Positions 56,230 to 64,000 of a stretch of DNA of 64,000 bases are shown piece after piece (the stretch's first letter is position 1; each line of letters opens with the position of its first letter). The position numbers and the translations under genes were made by a program. The notes below the pieces were generated by a model. That model was not told where the DNA came from, did not search any database, and was given only the letters and a program-made list of their open reading frames with translations. Where the stretch lies: positions 151 through 64,150 of the forward strand of contig CAYTSI010000005.1 in the NCBI GenBank assembly GCA_964440465.1, read 5' to 3'. The DNA comes from an uncultured Spirochaetales bacterium (GTDB lineage: Bacteria > Spirochaetota > Spirochaetia > SPDA01 > CAZSGZ01).

Positions 56230-58476
56230 TTGAAAAGAAACGGTAACTATATACCGGTAATTGTCGCGGGAATAATTATTTTCCTGTTTGTTACCGGAGA
56301 AATTACACTGCGGCATCTCCCCTTTCCCGAACTTGAGGCGTTTCAGAACAGGGCGTACAGTACAATAGTAACCGACAGAAACGGCACAATTCTCAGAATT
56401 CTTCCTCTCGAAGGAGGATTGAGGCGGGAATACGTTCCCCTCGAAGAACTGCGCCCGGAGATTGTCCGGATTTTTATCGAAAGCGAAGACAAGCGGTTCT
56501 CTTTTCACCGCGGTGTGGACGGTTTTGCCGTGCTGCGCGGTTTTTTTCAAAACAGACGAGCGGGACGGACGGTTTCGGGGGCGTCCACCATCTCCATGCA
56601 GCTGGCGGGTCTTGTCCGCCCGCGAAAGCAGACCGTCGGGGGCAAGGTCCTTGAAGCCTGGGACGCCCTTCGCCTGGAGGCAAAACTCTCGAAACGGGAA
56701 ATCCTCGAGCTGTGGCTAAACTCTCTCCCCTTCGGCAGGCAGGCGGAGGGTGTCGGGAGCGGCAGCAGGGCCTACTTCAATATATCCGCCGCGGACCTCT
56801 CAATTCCGGAGGCGGCCCTTCTTGCCGTTGTTCCGAGGCATCCGAAAAAGTACAGCCCCGTCGACAATCCAGAGGGCGCGTATGAAGGCGCGCTCCGCAA
56901 TGCCGGGAGGCTTCGTACGGACATTTCCGCACAGGAGCTGCGGAAGGCCGCCCGGGCCGCGGAGCCGGGAAATTTTATCTACCACGCGCCCCATTTTCTT
57001 CGTCAAATAGGGACAGAGCTCGGCGGCAAGCAGGGCGGCAGGGTAACAACCACATTGGATCTGGAACTTCAGCAGCATTTTCACCGTCTTTTGTCCACCT
57101 ATCAGCAGCGGTACGCCCAAAGCCGCATTACCAGCGCCGCCGGAATGCTCATCGACAATCATACGGGCGAAGTCCTTGCCTACGTCGGTTCACTCGACTT
57201 TTTCTCCGGCAGAGCGGGGGAGCAGCTGGACGGGGTAACCGTCCCGCGGCAGCCCGGGTCCTGTCTTAAACCCTTTCTTTACGCGGCGGCGCTGGAGGAC
57301 GGGTGGTATCCGAACACACTGCTTCCCGACGTCCCGCTCAATTTCGGCGGGGGCGAGGTATATGTGCCTTCGAATTTCACAAATTCTTTTTCCGGTCCCG
57401 TCAGGCTTCGGGTTGCCCTCGGGTCGTCTCTGAACGTACCGGCGGTCTATCTGTTGGATGAGATCGGGTTGGAACGGTTCGGGGAGCTGCTGCGGGCGGC
57501 GGGTTTTCACGTCGGAGCGGGCGCGCTTGAGAAGGCGGGCCTCGGCGCCGCGTTGGGCAATCTGGATGTCTCCCTCCTGGAACTGACCCGGGGCTTCGCC
57601 CTTTTCCCCCGGCGTGGTGTGCCCCTGGAGCTTTCATGGACACTCCCCGAAGTTTTCGAAGGGCCCTCCCCCGCGGGACGGGCCGTTTCCGAATACACCG
57701 CCGATATTATCTGCGACATCCTCTCGGACCCGGCGGCGAGGGCCCGGGGGTTCGGGTACAATTCCGCTTTTACCCTTCCCTTTCCCGCCATGTTTAAAAC
57801 CGGGACAACCGATCAGTTTCAGCACATCTGGGCCCTTGCCGCGACGCCGGATTATACCGTGGGCATATGGATGGGAAACAACACCGGGGAAACGGTAATC
57901 GGCCGGACCGGTTCCTCCGTCCCCGCGCGGATAGCGGCTGAAGTGCTTACCTTCGCGCGGAAGGGGAGGGCGGAATTCCCGGTCCCGGCGGGGGCGGTGC
58001 CGGTGGAGATCTGCACAGTATCCGGGCAGCGGGGGACGGAGCTCTGTCCCTCCGTTGTTACCGAATACCTGCCGGCGGCCGGCGGGGAAGGGGCTGTACC
58101 CGGTCCCTGTACATTTCATATACTGCGAAACGGTACGGTAACAACCGAGTATCCGGAAAAATATCATGCATGGCTGCGGGAGCTGGGCCGGTCGGGGGGA
58201 TTTTCCTTCTCCGGCGGAGAAGGCCTTGAAATTATTCACCCCCGCGGCGGAGCGGTATTTTACTATGACCCGACAGTTTCCGCCGGAGTCCAGGCGCTGC
58301 GGGTCGAGGCAGCTGCCGGCAGGCCCGGGGCCTGCACACTCTATGTAAACGGCGAAAGGGCGGGTACTGTTTTCCATCCCCCCTATGTATGGTTTTTGCC
58401 GCTTCAGCGGGGAGCGTGGGAATTGACCGTATCGAATACCGGTTCCGAGGCGACGGTGCGCGTCGAAGTCCGCTAA
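56230..58476 (+). CDS. pbpC: Penicillin-binding protein 1C (GT51 transglycosylase + transpeptidase + C-terminal domain), TTG start
   Basis: EDKRFSFHRGVD and GASTISMQLA GT51 motifs; transpeptidase domain; co-localised with alpha-2-macroglobulin as in many bacteria. Confidence 0.8.
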   Translation: MKRNGNYIPVIVAGIIIFLFVTGEITLRHLPFPELEAFQNRAYSTIVTDRNGTILRILPLEGGLRREYVPLEELRPEIVRIFIESEDKRFSFHRGVDGFAVLRGFFQNRRAGRTVSGASTISMQLAGLVRPRKQTVGGKVLEAWDALRLEAKLSKREILELWLNSLPFGRQAEGVGSGSRAYFNISAADLSIPEAALLAVVPRHPKKYSPVDNPEGAYEGALRNAGRLRTDISAQELRKAARAAEPGNFIYHAPHFLRQIGTELGGKQGGRVTTTLDLELQQHFHRLLSTYQQRYAQSRITSAAGMLIDNHTGEVLAYVGSLDFFSGRAGEQLDGVTVPRQPGSCLKPFLYAAALEDGWYPNTLLPDVPLNFGGGEVYVPSNFTNSFSGPVRLRVALGSSLNVPAVYLLDEIGLERFGELLRAAGFHVGAGALEKAGLGAALGNLDVSLLELTRGFALFPRRGVPLELSWTLPEVFEGPSPAGRAVSEYTADIICDILSDPAARARGFGYNSAFTLPFPAMFKTGTTDQFQHIWALAATPDYTVGIWMGNNTGETVIGRTGSSVPARIAAEVLTFARKGRAEFPVPAGAVPVEICTVSGQRGTELCPSVVTEYLPAAGGEGAVPGPCTFHILRNGTVTTEYPEKYHAWLRELGRSGGFSFSGGEGLEIIHPRGGAVFYYDPTVSAGVQALRVEAAAGRPGACTLYVNGERAGTVFHPPYVWFLPLQRGAWELTVSNTGSEATVRVEVR
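58033..58050. repeat. Palindromic head-to-head pair of the over-represented motif (GGGACgGAGC|TCTGTCCC)
   Basis: gggacggagctctgtccc inside pbpC coding sequence. Confidence 0.6.
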
Positions 58477-58481
58477 ATACA

Positions 58482-59417
58482 ATGAAATGGCATGAAATAA
58501 TACAGAAATACTTCGGTCTCATATTTTTCGCGGCGATGGCGGCGGGATTTCTTTTTTCGGATGTTTTCCGTCCTCTTTCGGAAATTACCTATATTGTTTT
58601 AGGGGTAATTATTACCATATCCTTTCTCACCCTCGATTACCGGCAGTTCGCCCATACGCTGAAGCGCTTTTATGTTCCCGTCGGGGTGTTCATTGTCTAT
58701 AAACTGGTCATTCCCGCCGCCTTCTACTATATCATCTCTTTATGGGACAGAAATATCGCCCTTGCGGCACTCCTTCTGGCGGCCACACCCGTGGGGATGA
58801 TTACTCCGGCCCTTTCACAGCTCATCGGGGCCGATAGGGAATTTGTTCTTTCCATTGTAGTTATCACCTCATTCGCGGCCCCCTTTTATCTGCCCTTTCT
58901 TATTAAGCTGGTTGCCGGGGCCCATATCAGTGTCGATCCCGTTTCCATGATGTTTTCGCTTATCAAACTGATCTTTATCCCCTTTGCTGTTTCCCTCGTT
59001 GTGAGAAAATGGGGGAAACGGTTTATCGATACAACAAAGCACTTTCACAGCGCCCTTTCCGTTCTTTTGCTGATTTTCGTGCTGCTTGGAATTGTGGCAA
59101 AAGGCGCTCCCCATATCCGTGATAATTGGACGGTGTCTGTCGGTTTTCTCGGGATGTCCGTTGTTTTTTGCGCCGCGCTTGCCGGTCTGGGGTTCGGTCT
59201 GTTTTGGTTTTTATCGAAAGAAAAGCGGTTCGGACTTGCCGTTTCGGTCCCGTATATGAATTTGGCCATGTCCATCGTAATCGCGGCCGTTTATTTCCGG
59301 CCGGATGTTCTCCTGTTCTGCATTATGTATGAAGTTCCGGTAAATCTCCTGCCGGTCATTCTTCGCGGAATCAAGCGGAAGCCGGCCGCGGAAAGCGCGG
59401 CTGACGGAGGGGACTAA
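58482..59417 (+). CDS. Polytopic membrane transporter, possibly bile-acid:sodium-symporter (BASS)-like
   Basis: ~10 predicted TM helices; weak family resemblance only. Start moved to ATG 58482. Confidence 0.4.
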   Translation: MKWHEIIQKYFGLIFFAAMAAGFLFSDVFRPLSEITYIVLGVIITISFLTLDYRQFAHTLKRFYVPVGVFIVYKLVIPAAFYYIISLWDRNIALAALLLAATPVGMITPALSQLIGADREFVLSIVVITSFAAPFYLPFLIKLVAGAHISVDPVSMMFSLIKLIFIPFAVSLVVRKWGKRFIDTTKHFHSALSVLLLIFVLLGIVAKGAPHIRDNWTVSVGFLGMSVVFCAALAGLGFGLFWFLSKEKRFGLAVSVPYMNLAMSIVIAAVYFRPDVLLFCIMYEVPVNLLPVILRGIKRKPAAESAADGGD

Positions 59418-59450
59418 GTGTGTTACAATCACTACAACAGAGAATAAAAC

Positions 59451-60119
59451 GTGTTTCATATCGATAAAAACGACATTAAAAAGAAGCGGGTAGTTAAACT
59501 CTTTATAGAAGCCGCGTCGGATATTATCAGCAATGAAGGGATCGACGGAGTAACCATCCGAAAAGTTGCCGAACGTACCGGCTATAACAGTGCTTCCATC
59601 TATTCCTATTTTGATAATTTCCGGCAGCTGGTGTTCCTCGCCTCGGCGTCCTCGCTGCACGACTATGTTACCGCTATGCCGAAATATATTAAAAAGGGGA
59701 AAAACGCCCTGGATAAATTCCTGCTGATGTGGGAATGTTTCTGCCGGTATTCTTTTCAGAAGCCCCGGGATTATTACGCGGTATTTTCAGACGACATAGG
59801 GTCCGAGCCGGAGGCCCTGGTTGCCCATTATTATGAACTGTTTCCCGAAGAATTAGCGGAGGCCCCGAAGGACCTGCGTCCAATGCTTACAGAAACAGAC
59901 CTGAAGCGCAGAAACATGATTGCAATCAGCGGCTGCACGGAGGCGGGATTTTTCTCAGAAGCTGATGAAGAAGTCGTGGAGGAATCGATCCGGTTGATCT
60001 ATCAGGGGATGCTTACGCTGATGGTGAACCGCCGTGTGGAATATACGCCTGAAGAGGCGGTGAAACGGACAATGCGGAGCATTACAAAAATCGCGGAGAG
60101 TTATTCCCGGCGTTCCTGA
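59451..60119 (+). CDS. TetR/AcrR-family transcriptional regulator
   Basis: N-terminal HTH VTIRKVAERTGYNSASIYSYF. Confidence 0.8.
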   Translation: MFHIDKNDIKKKRVVKLFIEAASDIISNEGIDGVTIRKVAERTGYNSASIYSYFDNFRQLVFLASASSLHDYVTAMPKYIKKGKNALDKFLLMWECFCRYSFQKPRDYYAVFSDDIGSEPEALVAHYYELFPEELAEAPKDLRPMLTETDLKRRNMIAISGCTEAGFFSEADEEVVEESIRLIYQGMLTLMVNRRVEYTPEEAVKRTMRSITKIAESYSRRS

Positions 60120-60155
60120 TAACCGGCTGCCGCGGGCTGCTGTGTATAGAAAAAA

Positions 60156-60201
60156 CTCCAGCCGTAAACGGCAGGACAACTGCCGCCTGACCTGGCTGGA
60201 G
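60156..60201 (-). terminator. Rho-independent terminator for minus-strand MttB-family gene (also hairpin for convergent TetR gene)
   Basis: ctccagcc...ggctggag 8-bp stem with nested cggcag/ctgccg; on minus strand followed by TTTTTTCTA. Confidence 0.55.
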
Positions 60202-60229
60202 AATTGGAAGGATTTTTACATAAACTTTT

Positions 60230-61654
60230 TTACATGTTCTTTTTTTTACTTACAAACCCTATAAGGTCTTTTTCCAGTTTTGGATCGATATCCGGTTTCT
60301 CCCATTCCTCAAGCCGCCGTTCGAGGATTTTTTCCGCGCGGTCAACCGCGAGGGGTTTACCGCTGCTTTCCCAGGAGGGGAAATCGGAAACAGTCATAAT
60401 TTCAGGATCGAAAAATTCGCTTCTGCACCGCTCGATAGTTTTGTCCTGGGTCATAAACTCTCCGCCGATTCCCGCCTCCCGGAACGCGGCGACGTCAATT
60501 TCGTCACCTGAAATTACAGTCGGCGTAATCAGTTTCCTGATCATTCCGGCAAGTTCTTCGTCGGCAAGGTATTTTTCATAACTCATTGCCAGATAGGAAC
60601 CGAGGATTCCGGCAGAATGGAGGATGAAATTGATGCCGCTTCGTATGGCCGTGGAAAGGGCCAGCGCGGACTGGGCACCGGCCTGGATGTCGGGGTAATT
60701 AGCATCCGTCAGTCCTCCGCCGCTCCGGGACGGCAGGTGGTAGTAGTGTGCCAACTGGGCGGTAAAGGAAACCAGCATGGAAAGTTCCGGCGCTCCGATG
60801 GAGAGGCCGCCGGTTTTCATGTCCATCGGTGCCGATGTGGAGCCGTAAATAACCGGCGCGCCGGGGCGAACGAGCTGGGCGAGGGTAAGCCCTGCCAGCA
60901 CTTCCGCGTTCTGCTGCGCCAATACTCCCGGCAGTGTAATAGGCCCGGAGGACCCCGCCATAATAAGGCTTGCGATAACACAAGCCTGTCCGCCGCGGAC
61001 CAAGGCAATCAGGCTCCCTGCCATCTCTTCCGAAAATCCCAGGGGAGACAGTGAATTGATCAGGGATACGGTGGCCGGGGCGCGTTCCATTTCCTCCTTT
61101 CCCCAGACAATTTCGAGCATTTCAGCGCACTCGTCCGCCCCCTGCCGTGAAACGGGGCTTCCCATAAACGGTTTATCACAGTGCAGTATATTAGCCAGCA
61201 GCATATCGAGGTGCGCGGTGGCGGCGGGAATACCCGACGGTTCGACCATCATAAAACCGTTCATATTGATGTGCCGGGATGTCTGCGCCAGTTTACAGAA
61301 GTTGTTGTAATCCTCCATGCTCGCTTCCCGCCGCGCCTTTTCCGCGGTAATAATGAATGGGGCCCCGTAGCCCGGTACAAGGGCAAAATCGTCTTTTCCA
61401 ATGGGAACACTTTTTTCAGGGTCCCGTGCCGTAACAATAAAGGTTTCCGGCGCCGAATCGAGGGCTTTCCTGATGTCCGCCTCCGATAAATAAACGACAT
61501 AACCGTCTGTTGTAACACCGTGTTTTTTAAATATCTCGATGGCCTCGTCTTCTTTAAACCGTATCCCGACCGAACTCAATATTTCCATCGAAGAAGAATG
61601 GATAAGTTCGAGGTCCGTTTTCGTCAATTCCTGTATTCGGTCATACATTGGCAT
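60230..61654 (-). CDS. MttB-superfamily (non-pyrrolysine) methyltransferase, quaternary-amine:corrinoid methyltransferase-like (MtgB/MtcB/MtpB-type)
   Basis: 474 aa, full-length MttB-like with no in-frame amber; family resemblance over whole length. Confidence 0.75.
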   Translation of the reverse strand: MPMYDRIQELTKTDLELIHSSSMEILSSVGIRFKEDEAIEIFKKHGVTTDGYVVYLSEADIRKALDSAPETFIVTARDPEKSVPIGKDDFALVPGYGAPFIITAEKARREASMEDYNNFCKLAQTSRHINMNGFMMVEPSGIPAATAHLDMLLANILHCDKPFMGSPVSRQGADECAEMLEIVWGKEEMERAPATVSLINSLSPLGFSEEMAGSLIALVRGGQACVIASLIMAGSSGPITLPGVLAQQNAEVLAGLTLAQLVRPGAPVIYGSTSAPMDMKTGGLSIGAPELSMLVSFTAQLAHYYHLPSRSGGGLTDANYPDIQAGAQSALALSTAIRSGINFILHSAGILGSYLAMSYEKYLADEELAGMIRKLITPTVISGDEIDVAAFREAGIGGEFMTQDKTIERCRSEFFDPEIMTVSDFPSWESSGKPLAVDRAEKILERRLEEWEKPDIDPKLEKDLIGFVSKKKNM

Positions 61655-61790
61655 TTACCCTCCTTATCTCCTTGGCTGAAATTCTACCATGGCTTTTTCC
61701 AGACGTCAATCAAGATTATTAATTAATCGCGATTATTTTGTTGTTATTTTTCATCTATACCTTTATACTGAATACAGAAGGGGGTATATA

Positions 61791-62462
61791 ATGAAAGTAA
61801 AAAAACTGATGACGCCTGCACCGATAACCGCCGGAACGAACACAAGCTACAATGAAGCCGTAAAACTGTTGCAGGAGAACGAAATTCGGCATTTGCCGGT
61901 TATCGGTAAAAAAGGAAAGCTTGTTGGAATAGTCTCTCTCGAGGACTTGTTAAGTGCAAAGCCTTCGGGAGTTTCTACATTGAGCGTTTATGAAATTGCC
62001 TCTCTGCTTGAATCCGTGAAGCTTGAAAAGGTTATGACGTCTCCGGTATATGCCGTTAGTGAAGATTGCAGTCTGACGAACGCGGCACGTTTTATGATCG
62101 AAAAAAAGATCGGCTGTCTTCCTGTTGTGCAAGATGATAAACTGATCGGCATTATTACCGACACCGATATTTTCCGCAGCTTTGTTGAAATCTCCGGAGG
62201 AGGTCAGCCGGGGACCCGAATTGAAATCAAGATGCCCGATAAAAAAGGTGAACTGGCAAAAATTATCCAGGCTTTGGCAGACGCCGGAAGCTATATTGTT
62301 TCCGTTACTCTCACGTACGAGAAAGGTGAACCGGTCTGTATTGCCGATATCAAAGAGCGGGACGGCGACGAAAAAAACCTCCGGGAGGAACTCGAAAAAC
62401 TCGAAGGGATGGAAATTACAACTTTCAGGCCCCACCGGGAGGATAAACTGCTGTCCTACTAA
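61791..62462 (+). CDS. CBS-pair + ACT domain protein (AcuB-like)
   Basis: Two CBS motifs (IRHLPVIGKKGKLVGIVS; IGCLPVVQDDKLIGIIT) then ACT-like C-terminus. Start at ATG 61791. Confidence 0.65.
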   Translation: MKVKKLMTPAPITAGTNTSYNEAVKLLQENEIRHLPVIGKKGKLVGIVSLEDLLSAKPSGVSTLSVYEIASLLESVKLEKVMTSPVYAVSEDCSLTNAARFMIEKKIGCLPVVQDDKLIGIITDTDIFRSFVEISGGGQPGTRIEIKMPDKKGELAKIIQALADAGSYIVSVTLTYEKGEPVCIADIKERDGDEKNLREELEKLEGMEITTFRPHREDKLLSY

Positions 62463-62482
62463 AACGGCACAGCGCTGCCTCA

Positions 62483-63358
62483 TTAAACCGGGGGGGTAAA
62501 TTGATCAGCGGGCTTTTTCGGATGCCGGTTCCGATTTAACATGATAAAAAGCGATACCCCTCCCACCACAAAGGTCGTGCCGATCCATTGGTAGAGGGTA
62601 AAGCTTTCCGAGAACAGCAGGGATGCATACAGAAATGCAACGGGAATTTCCGCCATGGAAAGTATTCCGGCAATGCTCACCTGTAGTTTCCGCAGTGTCG
62701 CGGTGTAAAGTGCAAACGGCAGAAGTGTTGAAATAATAACGAGCCCGCCAAGCCACAGGCAGGAAACCGCGGGAAAACTTGCCGGAGGCGGAACGAAGAA
62801 CTGGATTGGAAGGAGTACCAGCGCCCCGAAACCGAAGCCGTAGGTAAGAATTGTAAAAGGATGATACTTGCCGGTAATTTTTTTTCCAAAGAGATTAAAC
62901 AGAGCATAGGCTAGTGGAATAGAGAACCCGACAATGACACCGGTTATGTTTGCCGGCCCGGGACCGCCTCTAAGCAGTCCCGACAGAAAAACGGACCCGC
63001 TAAGAGTCAGCACGACGGCGATTATTTTCCTAAAATTAAACGCTTCTTTAAAAAAAAGCCGGGCCGCGACGGCAAGGATTATCGGCATAATCGCCTGCTG
63101 TACCGTGGAAACCGCTACACCGTTTATTCCCACGCCGAAATTCCACAGCAGGTGGAACACCCCGAGGCCGAGGCCGCCGAGTGCGGCAAGCCAGGGGATG
63201 TCCTTCCGGTCAACGCGAAGCAGGTCGCGCCTGAAGATGAGGAGAATAAACAAAAGACAGAAGAACGTTGCAAGATCTCGGTAGAAGGCCAGGGAGTATT
63301 CCGATATTTCCGCCGAGGACAATGTCAGCTTGATAAAAACGCCGGATGTCGCCCACAT
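62483..63358 (-). CDS. EamA/DMT-family transporter (10 TM)
   Basis: Two EamA-like repeats; start chosen at internal Met to avoid overlap with upstream gene. Confidence 0.55.
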   Translation of the reverse strand: MWATSGVFIKLTLSSAEISEYSLAFYRDLATFFCLLFILLIFRRDLLRVDRKDIPWLAALGGLGLGVFHLLWNFGVGINGVAVSTVQQAIMPIILAVAARLFFKEAFNFRKIIAVVLTLSGSVFLSGLLRGGPGPANITGVIVGFSIPLAYALFNLFGKKITGKYHPFTILTYGFGFGALVLLPIQFFVPPPASFPAVSCLWLGGLVIISTLLPFALYTATLRKLQVSIAGILSMAEIPVAFLYASLLFSESFTLYQWIGTTFVVGGVSLFIMLNRNRHPKKPADQFTPPV

Positions 63359-63395
63359 AACTGTGGTGGCGAAAACTCCGCCGTAATTCTTGGCT

Positions 63396-63884
63396 TCAGA
63401 GGTCTTTGTAGGAAACTTTGTTCCCCGTCGATTGCAGAAATTTTTTAAAATCATCTATGCTTATCGTTATAGTTGCCGTATTGACGTTCGGGTGAAACCC
63501 GATCCGTCCGCTTTTCAGAAGCTTGTTATCGACAATTACCTCGACTGCTTTCTTTTCGTCATTGATCAGCCCGAAAACAGATACGGCGCCTTTGGAGAGG
63601 CCGAGATGTTCTTGCAGCCTCCTGTCGGAGGCGAAACTCAGTGTTCCGGCTCCAATCTTGGATTGGAGGGACTTTATATCGAGGTTTTTCGCGCTGTCCA
63701 GAATAACAAGGAAATGACGGTTGCCTTTTTTGTTCCGAAAAAAAAGGTTTTTTGTATGGGACCCCTCGAGGGCCGCCCAGTGTTCATTTGCCTCCTCCAC
63801 CGTAAAAACCGGAGGGTGGGTTATTTTTTCGTACTCTATTCCAAGATCATTAAGTACTTCATACACGTTTTCTTCCGACGCCAT
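63396..63884 (-). CDS. YbaK/ProX-family aminoacyl-tRNA deacylase
   Basis: HPPVFTVEEA...SHTKNLFFRNKKG...GAVSVFGL motifs of YbaK/EbsC/ProX. Confidence 0.65.
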   Translation of the reverse strand: MASEENVYEVLNDLGIEYEKITHPPVFTVEEANEHWAALEGSHTKNLFFRNKKGNRHFLVILDSAKNLDIKSLQSKIGAGTLSFASDRRLQEHLGLSKGAVSVFGLINDEKKAVEVIVDNKLLKSGRIGFHPNVNTATITISIDDFKKFLQSTGNKVSYKDL

Positions 63885-64000
63885 AGCTGCCTCCTGGATA
63901 CTGTTGCTGAAAACAAGTATAGCAGAAGCATACGGGGGAGGCAAGGGAGTATCCGGCAAGGCAAACAGAAAACTGCAAAAAAGTAGTTAAATATTGTGTA

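Overview
Annotation of a 64 kb chromosomal window (about 55% GC) from an anaerobic bacterium; the lipoprotein and gene content suggests a spirochete-like organism, but the taxon cannot be determined from sequence alone. Almost all of the window is coding, on both strands.

Gene content, in order:
- 1-7.8 kb: a DeoR regulator divergent from a complete microcompartment (BMC) operon of the sugar-phosphate-utilising (SPU) kind. The operon encodes shell proteins (a PduB/EutL-like BMC-T, one BMC-H, four BMC-P and a PduT-like BMC-T), a PduS-like Fe-S flavoprotein, a CoA-acylating aldehyde dehydrogenase, RpiB and deoxyribose-phosphate aldolase. The three cargo enzymes carry N-terminal amphipathic extensions.
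- 7.9-15.7 kb: a retropepsin-like protease, an AKR-FeS oxidoreductase, a coiled-coil protein, an SbcD/SbcC-like nuclease pair and a nitroreductase.
- 15.8-23.6 kb: an IS200/RAYT-like HUH transposase, mtlD, a PfkB kinase, a small 2x[4Fe-4S] ferredoxin (not in the ORF track), a REC-PAS-GGDEF-EAL protein and an HD dGTPase.
- 23.6-32.8 kb: a corrinoid/zinc methyltransferase neighbourhood (RACo activase, thioredoxin-like protein, COG0523 GTPase, URO-D-family methyltransferase fused to thioredoxin-like domains, a stand-alone homocysteine S-methyltransferase domain), then cobT, metA and a DUF1846 protein.
- 32.9-42.9 kb: a VWA protein, a histidine kinase/OmpR pair, a DUF89 protein, a penicillin-acylase-family lipoprotein and a three-gene lipoprotein/secreted-protein operon.
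- 42.9-47.0 kb: a class III RNR operon (nrdR-nrdD-glycyl-radical/redoxin ORF-nrdG) with NrdR boxes upstream.
- 47.0-58.5 kb: a 1926-aa alpha-2-macroglobulin lipoprotein, FtsH and PBP1C.
- 58.5-64.0 kb: a transporter, a TetR regulator, an MttB-family methyltransferase, a CBS-ACT protein, an EamA transporter and a YbaK/ProX deacylase.

The most striking non-genic signal is a 10-mer, GGGACAGAGC (usually extended to RGGGACAGAGCTG). I found at least 20 exact copies, on both strands, inside genes in several reading frames and in intergenic DNA. Copies are clustered at 12.4-19.2, 33-37, 42-43.3 and 57-58 kb; I found none in the BMC locus or in several other long stretches.

Other notable points:
- NrdD appears to lack its glycyl-radical domain. 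That domain is instead encoded by a separate, ATGA-coupled small ORF, fused to a CxxC redoxin domain.
- The four BMC-P paralogs and the EP-tagged DERA/RpiB cargo of the BMC locus.
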